DNA from: a virus
Lineage: Duplodnaviria > Caudoviricetes
DNA: 29,100 nt
Strand: one strand, 5' to 3'
Virus record (IMG/VR): IMGVR_UViG_3300030332_000436
Coordinates: 1-29,100 of that record
Shown here: positions 18,277 through 25,739 of the stretch, in pieces
How the letters are laid out: each line of letters begins with the position of its first letter
How positions within the stretch are numbered: the stretch's first letter is position 1
Notes under the pieces: model-generated
The model's input: the letters and a program-made list of their open reading frames with translations, nothing else
Told to the model about the DNA's origin: nothing
Database searches by the model: none
Made by a program: the position numbers and the translations under genes

Positions 18277-19180
18277 TGTTATTTTTTATATGTTCTTCTT
18301 TTTTGTATTTCCTAATCCTATCTTCTTTCCCTTCTTTTTTTGTCCTATATTTTTTTATCATTTCACTTTTATAATCTTGGTTAGTTTTTTTAACTGCTCT
18401 TTCCCTTTTTTTAAAATTAAGCCTTGTAACTTCTTCTTTATATGGGTAACAGTGTTGGAGTTGTGCTAAAGTATAATATACTATACTTGCTCTATAAAAG
18501 TTTTCTTTATATGGCTTTAAAGGCATAACCCCGTGTATTTCTTGTTGTCCCCTAAATATACATAAAGCACCATCTGACTGTTCTAATGCTATTTTATATT
18601 CAGGTAAAACAAGCTCTCCACCTAAACAATTTTTTTTTAAAATTAATACATTACTAAAAGAGCCCTTTATGTTACCAGTATCTTTATGGTACTTTATAGC
18701 GTGGTTTACATTTATATTAGCAGTTGTATAGGGGGTATCTACCAACCTATAATCTTCATTAATAAGTTCTTTTACTTTTTTTAAATCGTGTTTATAAAGT
18801 TTAGGTAAATGTTTTTTATATATTTTACAAAGTATTTCTTGAAAAGAAAACAGCTTCGAAAAGTTTTGTTTTTCTTCTATTGTTTTATTACTTAATCGGC
18901 AAAAGTCGTTCCTAACTGCCATTCGTGGCAATGCCCCAAAAACACTCGACTTAGTTGGTAAAGTATTTGCCCTATAGGTTTCAACATATTTTGTTTCTTT
19001 TGAAGCTTCCCTCACACTATGTAAAAGCCCTTTGTCTATGTTTAAATAAATGCCAATACATTCACCATTTAAAAAAAAAGAAGTATCACTTTTAATTATT
19101 TCTTTATAATGGTTTTCTTTTGGTGTTGTTTTTAAAAGTTTATTGCAATCTTCATATTTTATTAAATTATACCTTTTCAT
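18269..19180 (-). CDS. TET/JBP-family Fe(II)/2-oxoglutarate dioxygenase (5-methylpyrimidine oxidase)
   Basis: YTTANIN.N...KYHKD.GN (HxD), GGELVLPEY, DG.L..F.GQ..IHG (distal His) and RASIVYY (2OG-binding Arg), the TET/JBP signature arrangement. Confidence 0.85.
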   Translation of the reverse strand: MKRYNLIKYEDCNKLLKTTPKENHYKEIIKSDTSFFLNGECIGIYLNIDKGLLHSVREASKETKYVETYRANTLPTKSSVFGALPRMAVRNDFCRLSNKTIEEKQNFSKLFSFQEILCKIYKKHLPKLYKHDLKKVKELINEDYRLVDTPYTTANINVNHAIKYHKDTGNIKGSFSNVLILKKNCLGGELVLPEYKIALEQSDGALCIFRGQQEIHGVMPLKPYKENFYRASIVYYTLAQLQHCYPYKEEVTRLNFKKRERAVKKTNQDYKSEMIKKYRTKKEGKEDRIRKYKKEEHIKNNNG

Positions 19181-19748
19181 TTTCTAATAATTTATATAAT
19201 AATGACCTATAGTCTAGCAATTCATATTTAATTAATAATTCTTCTAATCTCCTTATTACCTCATCATATTCTATATTTTCAAAAGGAATTGTAATATTTT
19301 TTATTTTAGCATCTAAAAACCTATCTAGTTTTTCATCCAACCCATTGATGGTATAGTCATTTTCATTACTTATGTTCTGGTCTGGTCGCCATACATCTAA
19401 CCCCCATTCATTCAATAGTTCTGTGTCCCACTCATTAGCTAATACATCCCAATCCCAAGAACCGAAGCCTACGTTATCTTTAATAATAAACTCTTGTTGC
19501 TGTGCTGGTGTTAAATCACTTGCTTTGATAATGGGTACTTCTTTTAGTCCAGCCTTTTGACAGGCTCTAAGACGCATATTACCGCCAAGTACGATCATAT
19601 CGTCATTTACTACAATAGGTCGTATTTCTAACATTTGCGGAAGTTCTTTAATTGACTTAACTAGCTGGTTAAACTTTTCGTCTTTTATATAACGAGGGTT
19701 GTCAGCGTTAACTTTAAGATCTGATATTTTAGCTTTTATCGTTTTCAT
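19167..19748 (-). CDS. ParB/Srx-like domain protein
   Basis: NPR.I....F..LVKSI, RPIVVN, VLGGNMRLRAC and IIKDN...G.WD motifs, plus a ~70-aa distinct C-terminal domain. Confidence 0.9.
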   Translation of the reverse strand: MKTIKAKISDLKVNADNPRYIKDEKFNQLVKSIKELPQMLEIRPIVVNDDMIVLGGNMRLRACQKAGLKEVPIIKASDLTPAQQQEFIIKDNVGFGSWDWDVLANEWDTELLNEWGLDVWRPDQNISNENDYTINGLDEKLDRFLDAKIKNITIPFENIEYDEVIRRLEELLIKYELLDYRSLLYKLLENEKV

Positions 19749-19914
19749 CTATGTAACAAAGATATAAAATATTAACATCTGTATATTCTGCTATGTTTAC
19801 TACGCCATTTATATTAAATTGTTCCCTTACTAATCCACTTACTACACTTTCATAATATAGCCCTTCGGCATCAATGTAGTAATTATGTTCTATTTTAGTT
19901 ATCTTCTTTGGCAT
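19729..19914 (-). CDS. Hypothetical protein (61 aa)
   Basis: ORF overlapping both neighbours in the operon. Confidence 0.6.
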   Translation of the reverse strand: MPKKITKIEHNYYIDAEGLYYESVVSGLVREQFNINGVVNIAEYTDVNILYLCYIDENDKS

Positions 19915-20128
19915 TTAAACTTATTACTGTTGGGTTGTTTTTGTCTTGCCAACCGATTAACATATTCATATAGTTTTTAAAGCAAGTATTACAAGCCCAG
20001 CTTATTGATATTCTTTTGTTAAGTGTTTTAAGTATCGGGTTAAAGTTTTCTTTAATCCAGTTAATATCGCATTCTTTGGGCAGGTGTTGCGATCTCTTAT
20101 AGGTTTCTATTGCTGTTTTTATTGTCAT
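19895..20128 (-). CDS. Hypothetical protein with CxxC (77 aa)
   Basis: WACNTCF motif. ATGA overlap with the upstream gene. Confidence 0.65.
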   Translation of the reverse strand: MTIKTAIETYKRSQHLPKECDINWIKENFNPILKTLNKRISISWACNTCFKNYMNMLIGWQDKNNPTVISLNAKEDN

Positions 20129-20346
20129 AATAGTTTACGTTCTACAATCCTTAATAATAAAGGGGTGGCAAGAACTAACCACCACCCCCGAACAAAACAA
20201 ACCAACAAAATACTTATCCATACGGATAAACAAAATGAGCAGTTAAAAGGCTTTCTATCAAGTCTGCCCTTTAACATAGGTAGGACAAAATCTACCCAAG
20301 TAGTAGTAAAGGTAATAATTAATATTATAACTTTTAGCTCACTCAT
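20125..20346 (-). CDS. Small membrane protein with CxxC (DUF1360-like)
   Basis: Hydrophobic segments flanking KPFNCSFCLSVW. Confidence 0.65.
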   Translation of the reverse strand: MSELKVIILIITFTTTWVDFVLPMLKGRLDRKPFNCSFCLSVWISILLVCFVRGWWLVLATPLLLRIVERKLL

Positions 20347-20821
20347 AGAAATCTTCTAATTCCCAGTTTTCTTTTATCTTAATACTTAGGTTGTTAATCA
20401 TTAGTGATATAGTAGAGTAACTTATGTTGCTTTTTTTACTGAAGCTCTTTTTATTACCTCTGCATAGTATCAACTGTTGCAGTAGTATTTTATCCATTCC
20501 CGATAGGTTGTTTATTAGTTCGTTAAGTCTTTTTTCGCTGAACCTTTTTTCTTGTTTTATTTCAGTACCGTTTAGTTCTGAAAAGTGCTGATCTGGGAAA
20601 AGATATGTTTTATAGTACTTGCTTTGTTTAGAGTATAGCATAAGTAAGCAACATTTATAAACGTAACTTCTTAGCATTTCTTGTTCTTCTAATACTTTTA
20701 AGAAGTCAATGCCTTTTTCATAAAGGACAAGTAGCACTTCTTGCTTATAATCGTCTAAGAATTTTACCCGATAATGTTTACCAATGTTAGAAATGTTTTC
20801 TTCCATTTCAGTTATTAACAT
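20339..20821 (-). CDS. Sigma-factor-like transcription regulator (ECF-like; candidate late-gene activator)
   Basis: Region-2-like DDYKQEVLL.LYEK and C-terminal HTH (NKKSFSKKSNISYSTI). Sits at the early/late boundary. Confidence 0.6.
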   Translation of the reverse strand: MLITEMEENISNIGKHYRVKFLDDYKQEVLLVLYEKGIDFLKVLEEQEMLRSYVYKCCLLMLYSKQSKYYKTYLFPDQHFSELNGTEIKQEKRFSEKRLNELINNLSGMDKILLQQLILCRGNKKSFSKKSNISYSTISLMINNLSIKIKENWELEDFYE

Positions 20822-20844
20822 AGTTCATAGCGTAAAGCGTAAAG

Positions 20845-21771
20845 TTATGTAATTTTTTTAATATTTAATTTTTCAACTATTTTAGCCAATACTCCAACGG
20901 TAATACTATTACCAGCTTGTTTATATGCTTGACTGTCTGAGCAAGACCAGGTAAATGTTTCAGGAAAGTCTTGTAGTCTAAAGCATTCTATTGGTGTTAA
21001 TCTTCTTATTTTAGAATTAGTATAAACGCTTGGTATATGACCACCGCCTTTAGCTGTTCCATCTTTTATTGTGTTTTGTTTTATATAATGATCTTTTGTG
21101 TGATTTGTTGTTAAATAATCTATTTTATTTTCACTTAAATAATACTTATCATCTACTTCGCTTTCTAAAACGTCTTTTAATTTAAGCTTTAAATGTTCTT
21201 CTTTTGGAAATCTAAAGTAATTATCTTCATCATCTCTAATGCCTATTATAAAAACCCGTTCTCTATTTTGAGGTACACCAAAATCTTTGCTGTTTAATAC
21301 TTTAAAATAGATATGATAATTAACACTTTCAGGATGCGGAAATAATATAGGGTTTCCATTAATTGACTTACCTAGATAATCTAACCACCTTTGAAAAGTT
21401 CTGCCTTTATCATCACTTAGTAAACCTTTAACATTCTCAAATATGAAATATCTAGGCTTATTGATCTTAATAAATTGATGTGAATTATAAAACAATATAC
21501 CTCTTTTATCATCTTCGCCTTTTCGATTTCCAGCTAAGCTAAACGCTTGACAGGGTGGCGAAGTCATATAAATATCCAAAGGCTCTTTAGGTATATCTCT
21601 ATTATAAACATCTTCAGGAAAATAATCAGGTTCACCATAGTTTTCAATGTAGGTTTGTCTTGCGTATTTATCCCAATCACACGCAAAGATGGTTTTATAA
21701 TTAATGTTTAATCTCCTTAATGCCTGATCGAAAGCACCTACACCCGAAAAGTCTGAGCCTGTTTTTATCAT
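20845..21771 (-). CDS. C5 cytosine DNA methyltransferase
   Basis: Motifs I (FSGVG), IV (PPCQAFS), VI (ENV), VIII (QNRER), IX (RRLTPIECFRLQDF) and X (YKQAGNS). Short variable region. Confidence 0.95.
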   Translation of the reverse strand: MIKTGSDFSGVGAFDQALRRLNINYKTIFACDWDKYARQTYIENYGEPDYFPEDVYNRDIPKEPLDIYMTSPPCQAFSLAGNRKGEDDKRGILFYNSHQFIKINKPRYFIFENVKGLLSDDKGRTFQRWLDYLGKSINGNPILFPHPESVNYHIYFKVLNSKDFGVPQNRERVFIIGIRDDEDNYFRFPKEEHLKLKLKDVLESEVDDKYYLSENKIDYLTTNHTKDHYIKQNTIKDGTAKGGGHIPSVYTNSKIRRLTPIECFRLQDFPETFTWSCSDSQAYKQAGNSITVGVLAKIVEKLNIKKIT

Positions 21772-21775
21772 CTTA

Positions 21776-22162
21776 TTAATATAAAATTCTTATATCTGCA
21801 TTCGTGCTTGTTATTGTTGGGGCAATACCATTAACATCGTAAACCCTATTAGTTAAATCAAACTCTGATAATTTTTTTTCAAAAGTTAATATTGATATAT
21901 CAAATTTATTTGTTTTTATGTTTAAAATTTCTTTAAGTTTAATCCATATCGTAGGTTCTGGAATGCTAAAATATTCACTTCCTTCGTGCCTAAAATAATG
22001 CTCAATTGTAGTAAATTCTTCATTTAATTCTTTTGCAACTTGTTTTTTAGTTTTATTACTATTTTTTAAAGCCTTTAAAAGACATTTTTGTAACTCTATG
22101 ACATTAACATTATATTTTCTTATGTTTACTATTTCAGGAATATCGTAATAAATAACATTCAT
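21776..22162 (-). CDS. Stand-alone C5-MTase target-recognition-like module with HTH (128 aa)
   Basis: HTH TKKQVAKELNEEFTTIEHYFR. C-terminal NRVYDVNGIAPTITS matches the RVY..GI(A/S)PT(L/I)T pattern of C5-MTase variable regions. No catalytic motifs. Confidence 0.65.
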   Translation of the reverse strand: MNVIYYDIPEIVNIRKYNVNVIELQKCLLKALKNSNKTKKQVAKELNEEFTTIEHYFRHEGSEYFSIPEPTIWIKLKEILNIKTNKFDISILTFEKKLSEFDLTNRVYDVNGIAPTITSTNADIRILY

Positions 22163-22512
22163 TTTCTTAAATCTTCTAGTTCTTTAATGATGTTTAAAAA
22201 ATCTTCTAGTTCTAAACTGATATATTCTTTTTCGTGGTTCTTTGTAAAGACTACAACAGGCATCGTCCTAGCTGGTGCATCGTTTTTACTTTGCTGAAGG
22301 GCTTTCCAAATGTTTAGCTTTTCCTGGTTCTTGCATTCCCAGCTAAACTCAGATATTATGCTTTGATCGTCAATGCAAATAATGTCCCCTTTGATAGAAA
22401 GACCACCAGAATTTGGTGTTCTTTTTACGCTGGTTTCAAATTTCTTATTGATTTCTGCTGCCACTTGTCTTTCAAATCGTTTTCCCTTTTGTTGACTACT
22501 TTTACCACCCAT
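22159..22512 (-). CDS. PD-(D/E)XK nuclease, Hjc-like Holliday junction resolvase
   Basis: KGKRFER..A, RTP.SGG, GDI and ECK motifs. Confidence 0.8.
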   Translation of the reverse strand: MGGKSSQQKGKRFERQVAAEINKKFETSVKRTPNSGGLSIKGDIICIDDQSIISEFSWECKNQEKLNIWKALQQSKNDAPARTMPVVVFTKNHEKEYISLELEDFLNIIKELEDLRK

Positions 22513-22514
22513 AG

Positions 22515-23183
22515 TTAAAATATTGTTAGTTGTGCTTGATGTTGTTTAAGTCTTTTCATAGCACTATTAAAATAATCTTTGTCTATTTCACAGGCAGTTA
22601 AATCATAATCTAAATTATGACAGGCTATCGCTATACTACCTGAGCCTAAATGAGTATCTAATATTTTATCATTTTCTTTAGCATAGTTCATTAGTAACCA
22701 TTCGTATAATTGAATAGGCTTTTCTGTTGGATGTATTTTTTTTTGTTTTTGTGGATTGTTTAAATATCCAAAACCAATCCAATCGTATGTAAATTTTCTT
22801 AAAATACAATCAAAAGAAGTCCAAGCCAATTCGCCATCAGAAAAGTTTTTGCAATTTGAATTTGTGATTTTTTTATCCCAATATATCCATCCTCTTTTAG
22901 CTGGTAATAAATCAGCAAAATAATTCCCCCCCAAAATTATTTGATTTTTTGAAACTCTTTTTAACTCTTTAAAATATTTTATTGATGGTCTTTTATTATC
23001 CCAATTACTTTTAGATTTATTATGCTTATAATCTTTGAGTTTATTTTTGTTTTTTATTTTAGTTGTATTAGAAGTTCCTATATAATTAATTCCATAAGGA
23101 GGGTCAACAATAGCCAAATCAAAGTAATTATCTTCATACCTTGCCATTAGTTCCATATTATCTTCGTTTGTAATTTCAATCAT
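22515..23183 (-). CDS. N6-adenine/N4-cytosine DNA methyltransferase (beta class)
   Basis: DPPY near the N-terminus, HPTEKP, and LDTHLGSGS SAM-binding motif near the C-terminus. Confidence 0.93.
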   Translation of the reverse strand: MIEITNEDNMELMARYEDNYFDLAIVDPPYGINYIGTSNTTKIKNKNKLKDYKHNKSKSNWDNKRPSIKYFKELKRVSKNQIILGGNYFADLLPAKRGWIYWDKKITNSNCKNFSDGELAWTSFDCILRKFTYDWIGFGYLNNPQKQKKIHPTEKPIQLYEWLLMNYAKENDKILDTHLGSGSIAIACHNLDYDLTACEIDKDYFNSAMKRLKQHQAQLTIF

Positions 23184-23256
23184 CTTTACCCATAAATCTT
23201 AATATAAAAAAATAACCTAATATTATTATTGTAAAAAATATGTCTGCATCAGTCAT
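23176..23256 (-). CDS. Membrane micropeptide (26 aa, MTDADIFFTIIILGYFFILRFMGKDD)
   Basis: Hand-translated. 8-nt overlaps with both neighbours, single hydrophobic helix. Confidence 0.55.
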   Translation of the reverse strand: MTDADIFFTIIILGYFFILRFMGKDD

Positions 23257-23389
23257 TTCTTTTATCCCAAAGCGAGTTACATATTGCTACTGCCTGTTCT
23301 TTAGTCTTTGCTGACTTATCCCGTATTGTAATTAATACGCATCTTCTTATAAAATCTTTTTTCTTTTCGTATGGTTTTGGTGTTGGCAT
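23249..23389 (-). CDS. Small phage protein (46 aa, MPTPKPYEKKKDFIRRC...EQAVAICNSLWDKRND)
   Basis: Hand-translated. The P.P...E...DFI.RC...Q..AIC pattern recurs in phage proteins (recalled). Confidence 0.75.
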   Translation of the reverse strand: MPTPKPYEKKKDFIRRCVLITIRDKSAKTKEQAVAICNSLWDKRND

Positions 23390-23392
23390 AAT

Positions 23393-23479
23393 TTAATCTT
23401 TAAGTTTTAATCCTATAAATATTCCAAAAAAGAAACAAACAATATAACCAAATGATATGTATATCATTATTTCAGTCAT
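23393..23479 (-). CDS. Membrane micropeptide (28 aa, MTEIMIYISFGYIVCFFFGIFIGLKLKD)
   Basis: Hand-translated. Coupled by an ATGACTGA overlap, single TM helix with basic C-terminus. Confidence 0.55.
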   Translation of the reverse strand: MTEIMIYISFGYIVCFFFGIFIGLKLKD

Positions 23480-23549
23480 TATTTAAAAACAAATAATATA
23501 TACTCATCCCTATTAATCCTATCATTGTTAACACTATTATGGCAGTCAA
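23472..23549 (-). CDS. Membrane micropeptide (25 aa, TTG start, MTAIIVLTMIGLIGMSIYYLFLNND)
   Basis: TTGA start/stop overlap with the upstream gene, single hydrophobic helix. Confidence 0.45.
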   Translation of the reverse strand: MTAIIVLTMIGLIGMSIYYLFLNND

Positions 23550-23839
23550 AATTCACTTAGTTTTTCAAGTTTCTTAATATCGTTTTTTAGCTCTGCTATT
23601 ACTTTGTAGTTTTTTAAGTTCTGTAACTTTTCAGTACTTAGATCAGTATTTTGTTTGCAACAGAAATCGTATAAATCATTAATAAGCTCTATCGTTCTTT
23701 TCATTAAGTCCAGTACTTCTGCTGACTTTTCAGTAAGTTTAAAAGTGCCATCCTTTTTTAAATGTTTATATTTAATTTCTTCAATAAATTTATTAAGATC
23801 AATTTTAATTTTTAATATTTCAAAGTTTGCATCGTTCAT
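23546..23839 (-). CDS. Hypothetical coiled-coil protein (97 aa)
   Basis: ORF in operon, ATGA overlap. Confidence 0.7.
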   Translation of the reverse strand: MNDANFEILKIKIDLNKFIEEIKYKHLKKDGTFKLTEKSAEVLDLMKRTIELINDLYDFCCKQNTDLSTEKLQNLKNYKVIAELKNDIKKLEKLSEF

Positions 23840-24024
23840 AGTTCTATAATGTTTAATCTTTTTATGTTATACCACTCGCCAACCTTTAAACTATCTTCAG
23901 TTATTATAACCTCAACACCTTTTGTAGGGTGGTGTAAGTGATACATATTAACTCTTACTTCTTGCACTACCTGGTACTTATTACAGCTACATAATAACAC
24001 TACTGAACTAAGTAAAATTTTCAT
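23836..24024 (-). CDS. Putative small lipoprotein (62 aa)
   Basis: MK + hydrophobic core + LLCSC lipobox-like signal. Confidence 0.55.
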   Translation of the reverse strand: MKILLSSVVLLCSCNKYQVVQEVRVNMYHLHHPTKGVEVIITEDSLKVGEWYNIKRLNIIEL

Positions 24025-24997
24025 CTTTATCGGTTTCGTACCAATTTACAATTTTTTTATCTAATTTCATTTCAGCTTGTTTTTCTACGGGTGGGTTTTT
24101 GTGTCGCTTTGCATAGATGCCACCTTCTAAATAATAAGTATTTTTTTTAATGTCATAGAACATTTTATAGATACCGTTCTTAGATACGCCCTTCGGCTTA
24201 CTTTTAGCTACTTTGATAAATACTTCATTACTTTTATATGGTTCGCCAGTTTCATCATTTATACCTTCAGGCGGTCGCCAAATAATTATCATTAGTAACC
24301 CTTTACGAAACCACGCCTGACCACCAGCAATCTCTCTAGGTGTTGGCATAGGGAAGAAAGTCTTGCCGTTCTTTATTATCGGGGCTTGATCTCTAACGTG
24401 GGTAATTACGCAGTTATGTCGTTCTTTAGCTCTTGCGTTTTTTCGTATGTCCCCTAATATCCTTTCAATATATAAGTCTTGCCTACCTTCGTCTTTGCTA
24501 AAATCGTGGGCTAGTTCATTAAACGGGTCTATTAGTGTTGTGTGTATTGTAACATTTTCAGTATGTTCTATTTTATCTACTATGTTAAAAAATGTTTCTG
24601 CTGTTAATCTGTTGTCTAAAGGGTCTATTATGTAAAAGTATTCTGCTACAAACATTTCTGCACCTACCTTTTCAGCTTCAGTCATAGCACCACTAAACTT
24701 TTTTATATATGGTTTCCCAACGTATTTAGTACATAGCTCTGCTATGATGTCTGCTGTAGTACCCGTTTCAGGTGTAAAAATAACGTGCTTTAATTTATGT
24801 TCTACACTAAGATTTACAAGTACATCTAACCAAAACTCTGTTTTACCATCGTGAGGCGCACCAGCTATATAGGTAGTACAACCTAACTTTACTGTTATCG
24901 GTATATCCCAGCCTATTGTATAGCCTTGTTGATTACCATTTTCCCTAAGGTCGTTTAGTTCACTTTGTTTATCTTTTACTTTTTGCCAATAGTTCAT
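24008..24997 (-). CDS. DnaB/SF4-like replicative helicase
   Basis: Walker A GAPHDGKT, FTPE, Walker B LIDPFN, ITH and IAGG..W motifs. Follows the initiator. Confidence 0.85.
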   Translation of the reverse strand: MNYWQKVKDKQSELNDLRENGNQQGYTIGWDIPITVKLGCTTYIAGAPHDGKTEFWLDVLVNLSVEHKLKHVIFTPETGTTADIIAELCTKYVGKPYIKKFSGAMTEAEKVGAEMFVAEYFYIIDPLDNRLTAETFFNIVDKIEHTENVTIHTTLIDPFNELAHDFSKDEGRQDLYIERILGDIRKNARAKERHNCVITHVRDQAPIIKNGKTFFPMPTPREIAGGQAWFRKGLLMIIIWRPPEGINDETGEPYKSNEVFIKVAKSKPKGVSKNGIYKMFYDIKKNTYYLEGGIYAKRHKNPPVEKQAEMKLDKKIVNWYETDKDENFT

Positions 24998-25612
24998 TTA
25001 AACAGGTGTATAAGATTCGTCATTATTATCATAAGTTCCATTTGATCTACCTTTCCAAGTTGTTAATCGTCTTGCTATTGAAAAGCTAGTTTGTTTTTCG
25101 TAACGCATTTTTTTGTCATTAGGTCCGTGTTCAGTCCAATAGCCCTCAAAGTCTTTTAACATTTTTTCAGGATATTTTTCTTTATGCTCTGCTAAGAGTT
25201 TATTAAACTCTGTTTTTCTTTTATTTATATTTTCTTTATATATATCATTTACATTAACATTAACATTAACAGTTCGTTTTGTTCGCGTTTGTTCAACAGA
25301 ATGAACACTTGTTCCTTTTGTTCGTTTATCTTCTGCTTTTTGGCGTCTTATTTCGCCACTTTTTTTACCAGCTTCAGATCGTAATATCTTATGTTGTTCC
25401 CATTTTTTAAGGTCTGCTTTTAAATTCTTTTTAATTGGTTGCCAAGCTAGATTTAACATTTTATTGTCAGGGTCTTGTTTATCTTTTGGATATTCATCAT
25501 TAACATATTTTAATATATGTTTAAATAATTTACCAGCTTCGTGATCTTTAAGCAACTCAATAGAAGGTAATATATCAGCATATAAAACAAAAGATTTTTT
25601 ATTCTCTGCCAT
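24998..25612 (-). CDS. Phage replication initiator (DUF6291-like N-terminus)
   Basis: KKSFVLY.D...AG.LFK.I..Y N-terminus, AGKKSG, iteron-bearing linker ending VNVNVNVN, C-terminal F..YW...RL.TW domain. Confidence 0.8.
   Translation of the reverse strand: MAENKKSFVLYADILPSIELLKDHEAGKLFKHILKYVNDEYPKDKQDPDNKMLNLAWQPIKKNLKADLKKWEQHKILRSEAGKKSGEIRRQKAEDKRTKGTSVHSVEQTRTKRTVNVNVNVNDIYKENINKRKTEFNKLLAEHKEKYPEKMLKDFEGYWTEHGPNDKKMRYEKQTSFSIARRLTTWKGRSNGTYDNNDESYTPV
25200..25326. other. Putative replication origin: iterons plus AT-rich unwinding region inside the initiator gene
   Basis: GTTC cores at 25272, 25281, 25291, 25311 and 25320 (about 10-bp phasing) with an inverted GAAC at 25303. (ACATTA)x3 at 25251-25268 and an AT-rich tract at 25200-25250. 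Confidence 0.65.
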
Positions 25613-25622
25613 AGTTTAAAAG

Positions 25623-25725
25623 AAAAAAGCCCTCACACAAAAAGTCCTAACAGGCGTAAATGAAGCCTACTTTTTATGGTATCGGGCAATATGTTTATAT
25701 AATTTCATTTACTTAGGTTGTTAGG
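25623..25725 (-). ncRNA. Structured leader RNA / attenuator with c4- or P4 CI-like loop-and-bulge antisense architecture
   Basis: Hairpin GCCC..CAUAAAAAGU-AGGC-[UUCAUUUAC]-GCCU-[GUUAGG]-ACUUUUUGUG..GGGC-U6. Loop and bulge are exact complements of upstream GUAAAUGAA (25704-25712) and CCUAAC (25720-25725). Confidence 0.65.
25667..25708 (-). CDS. Putative leader peptide MKLYKHIARYHKK (13 aa)
   Basis: The ATG lies inside the 9-nt target site and the ORF runs through the 5' arm of the hairpin. Confidence 0.35.
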   Translation of the reverse strand: MKLYKHIARYHKK

Positions 25726-25730
25726 TATTT

Positions 25731-25738
25731 CAAATATA
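25731..25738 (-). promoter_or_regulatory. Bacteroidota sigma-A -7 element (TATATTTG)
   Basis: Matches TAnnTTTG, 5 nt upstream of the first antisense target. No clear -33 TTTG seen. Confidence 0.5.
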
Positions 25739-25739
25739 A

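Noticed and set aside
18269-19180. A/T homopolymer runs in the TET gene as frameshift or phase-variation sites
   Set aside because: The ORF is intact with all catalytic motifs, no useful alternative frame was noticed, and such runs are common in this AT-rich DNA.
20830-20844. Tandem GCGTAAA x2 upstream of the sigma-like gene
   Set aside because: It is too short, has only two copies and was not seen at other gene starts.
21772-21778. Stop read-through fusing the TRD-like ORF to the MTase (circularly permuted enzyme)
   Set aside because: There are two tandem TAA stops and a 4-nt gap that puts the MTase out of frame. The MTase has its own normal start.
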